Assembly: GCA_963699755.1 (NCBI GenBank)
Contig: CAVOVB010000001.1
Coordinates: 832,001-896,000, forward strand
DNA: 64,000 nt
Source of the DNA: an uncultured delta proteobacterium
GTDB lineage: Bacteria; Myxococcota_A; Polyangia; Polyangiales; Houyiibacteriaceae
Direction of reading: 5' to 3'
Shown here: positions 60,455 through 64,000 of the stretch, piece by piece
Layout: each line of letters begins with the position of its first letter
Position numbering within the stretch: the stretch's first letter is position 1
The notes under the pieces: model-generated
Database searches by the model: none
Told to the model about the DNA's origin: nothing
Seen by the model: the letters and a program-made list of their open reading frames with translations, nothing else
Made by a program: the position numbers and the translations under genes

Positions 60455-60624
60455 TCAGGGAACCGGTAAAAGGATGAAGAGCTTCGTCAGGTAAAACGCC
60501 TGCACGAGCGGCACGCCGAGGGCGTAGAGGGCCAGGCCCGCCGTTAGAACGACGATCCCTGTCACCAACGTGTACTCCGCGAACACCACGCCCGGTCATC
60601 GGTCGTGGGCGGCCGCGGTTGCGT
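60455..60624 (-). pseudogene. Second Flp-like pilin, disrupted (ACG start and a 1-nt deletion)
   Basis: The frame reads GVVFAEYTLVTGIVVLTAGLALYALGVPLVQAFYLTKLFILLPVP*, with TGA two codons upstream. Adding one G at ~60591-60593 restores TTDDRG|VVFAEY. GAGGAG SD sits 6 nt before ACG at 60624. Confidence 0.7.
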
Positions 60625-60863
60625 GAAAAACTCCTCGATGGGGTCTCGCCCACAATGGATGAGACCCGGCCTCGCCCCGGCAGGCGCCAGACGCCGCGAT
60701 GCACAGCGCCCAGCAAAGGTGCCCCGCGCAGTCGAGGGCGGGAGGCGCGCGAAGCCTTCCTGGACCGCGACTTCTCCCTTTCTCGGGGAACAATTGCGTA
60801 TGGACAGTGGTTATCGGAGGTGTTTTGATTGGGAATCGATCCTTTAGGGCGGAGTCGAACAGC

Positions 60864-61292
60864 ATGGCCTCCTGGAAGAACAGCATCGAAATCCACGCAC
60901 CCTCAGAGAGGGTGTTCGCCTATGTGGACGACCCGATGACCTTGTCGGAGTGGATTCCGGGCTTGGTTGAAGTTCACAATGTGATTGGGAGCGGCGAAGG
61001 CCAGCAGGAGGAGTGGACCTACAAACTGGTAGGGCTTCTGCTTCGCGGGCAGGCTACTGTCGTCGAGCACGTTCCCAATCGACTTGCCGTGCATCAGACC
61101 ATCGGGATGGCGCACGGCACGGTTGGATACGGGGTCGAGCCCCATCCGGAAGGGACGACACTGACCCTCGAGATCGAGTACGAGATCCCGTTCCCGGTAC
61201 TAGGCAAGATTGCGGAGCACGTCCTCATCAGGCGGAACACCCGGGAGTTCGAGCTGGCCCTGCTCAACGTCAAAGAGGCGCTGGAAGCCTAG
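60864..61292 (+). CDS. SRPBCC (polyketide cyclase/START-like) family protein
   Basis: SIEIHAPSERVFAYVDDP...EW, GTTLTLEIEYE, LLNVKEALE. Confidence 0.88.
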   Translation: MASWKNSIEIHAPSERVFAYVDDPMTLSEWIPGLVEVHNVIGSGEGQQEEWTYKLVGLLLRGQATVVEHVPNRLAVHQTIGMAHGTVGYGVEPHPEGTTLTLEIEYEIPFPVLGKIAEHVLIRRNTREFELALLNVKEALEA

Positions 61293-61297
61293 CCGCG

Positions 61298-62539
61298 TCA
61301 GTCCGTGGCGCGGACCTGGACGGTCGTCGGGCGGTCTTCGGGCATCGGGAGGATGGCATTCCAGCCCGGCGGCAAGACCGGCTCGGTCAGCTGGAAGAGG
61401 TAGCGGGCATCTGCCGGGGAGAGGTTGATGCAGCCGTGGCTTCGGCGGCGGCCGAAGTCGTCGTGCCAGAAAGCGGCGTGGAAGCCGTAGCTGCCCTTGA
61501 AGAACTGCACCCAGGGAACGTCTTGAATCGAATAGTTCTTTTCGACGTCGGTGCGCTCGATGTCATCCATGTCGGAGTACTCGAGCTTGGCCCAGATCTG
61601 GAACACACCGACGGGGGTTTCGGATTGCCTGCTGTCGCGGCCGGTTGAAACCAGGGTTGCAAAAATTGGCCACGGGCCTTCGTAGGCGACCAGCACCTGC
61701 TGGTCGATGTCGATGTCGATCCAGCGGTCGGTGGGGCCGACGCCTTCGGGAGGGTCGACGAGCTGGCTCCGCGCGAGCGCTGCGGTTTTGACCCAGCCTC
61801 CCCCTCTGAGCTTGGTCCAGGCGCCCTTGCTGGCTCCGATGCGCACGACGCTGTGGCGCTGGAGTTGCCCGAGCACACGGCCCTGCGGCCTCTCGTACAG
61901 TTTCGCCGGCCGAATCGAAACCCAAGCGAGGTCGAGCGCCGCGCCTCGGGCGAGCTTCACGCCGCGAAACGTGCTTCCGTCGACGAAGTGGACCGAGCCG
62001 CGTTCGATCCAGAGGTGGCGGCGAGTGCGAATGAACTCGACGCCCTCGTAGACCTGCTCGCCGGTAATGACGATGCCATATCCCTTGCCAAGCGCTTCGC
62101 TGTAGTCGTTTCTGAAGTAGTCGCTCGGATGCGCGTAGGCGCGGGTGCCGTCGAAGCGGACGAAAGCGTAGCGCTGCGGCAAGCGCCTGCTTCGGTCTAG
62201 GAGCAGGTCTCGCTTCGGTCCGGGTGGCGCGGGAGAAGGCTCTACGTGCTCTTCGCAGATGAAGAGCTCGTCCCGGGTCTGGTACCAGACTCCGGTCGAA
62301 CAACCTTTCCCAAACACCCTACGCGTGAAGCCGAGGCGCGTGCCTGCGCCAACCGTCCCCCGGCGACGCGACTCGCTGTCCGGAGAAAGCATCACCGGGG
62401 CACCGTCGTTGACGACTTCGACTGACTTGGCCCAGGATGGCGCCGGCGCTGCGGTCTCGGCAAGGTCCGCGTCGGCTGAAGCCGCTCGGGGCCAGCCGAA
62501 AGCCAGCGCTGCAAACAGGAGAACTGTCGCCCTGCCCAT
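61298..62539 (-). CDS. L,D-transpeptidase (YkuD) family protein with SH3-like region, exported
   Basis: WIDIDIDQQVLVAYEG, VSTG, TPVGVF, GFHAAFWH, SHGCINL (HxxxxSHGC); signal peptide. Alternative starts 62548 and 62551. Confidence 0.92.
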   Translation of the reverse strand: MGRATVLLFAALAFGWPRAASADADLAETAAPAPSWAKSVEVVNDGAPVMLSPDSESRRRGTVGAGTRLGFTRRVFGKGCSTGVWYQTRDELFICEEHVEPSPAPPGPKRDLLLDRSRRLPQRYAFVRFDGTRAYAHPSDYFRNDYSEALGKGYGIVITGEQVYEGVEFIRTRRHLWIERGSVHFVDGSTFRGVKLARGAALDLAWVSIRPAKLYERPQGRVLGQLQRHSVVRIGASKGAWTKLRGGGWVKTAALARSQLVDPPEGVGPTDRWIDIDIDQQVLVAYEGPWPIFATLVSTGRDSRQSETPVGVFQIWAKLEYSDMDDIERTDVEKNYSIQDVPWVQFFKGSYGFHAAFWHDDFGRRRSHGCINLSPADARYLFQLTEPVLPPGWNAILPMPEDRPTTVQVRATD

Positions 62540-62573
62540 CGACTCCATCATAGGGGAGAGCGATGTGGATCGC

Positions 62574-63974
<1,401 letters not shown>

Positions 63975-64000
63975 TCGGCGTCCTTTCGAATGGCTCGAAT

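Noticed and set aside
60712..60727. Sigma54-like GGCAC..TTGC upstream of the Tad operon (minus strand)
   Set aside because: GG-to-GC spacing is 7-9 nt, not the required 10.
60243..60896. N-terminal extension of the 399-aa ORF 59697-60896
   Set aside because: It runs through flp and the promoter region in an Arg-rich nonsense frame; the real peptidase starts at ATG 60242.

Overview
A GC-rich, gene-dense 64-kb chromosomal segment. The gene content (Hanks-type kinase with an HRDVS loop, FHA-sigma54 activator, sterol reductase, FHA-linked Tad locus) points to Myxococcota, probably Polyangia-like; this is inference, not a database result. Left to right: lrp-gltB-gltD; Ser/Thr kinase; trypsin-like protease; LysM-MepA endopeptidase; a motif-divergent RdgB; YyaL-like protein; dipeptide epimerase; flavin reductase; di-heme peroxidase; a two-gene BcrAD/BadFG activase plus dehydratase-like module with PlsA/PlsR (anaerobic plasmalogen/ether-lipid synthase) architecture; carboxy(nor)spermidine dehydrogenase and decarboxylase; recCBD; a 59-aa gene missed by the ORF track; lemA-M48-DUF2007; SDRs; a Rab-like GTPase divergent from an ERG24/LBR-type sterol reductase; fdhD-ydeP; an amine oxidase; a ~13-kb Tad/Flp pilus locus; an L,D-transpeptidase; and an FHA-sigma54 activator. 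The Tad locus is the strongest novel-system candidate: it has two CpaF ATPases (one FHA-fused), four uncharacterised accessory genes, no recognisable CpaE/TadZ and a broken second pilin. I found no rRNA, tRNA, CRISPR array or mobile element. All calls come from reading motifs by eye; no searches were run.
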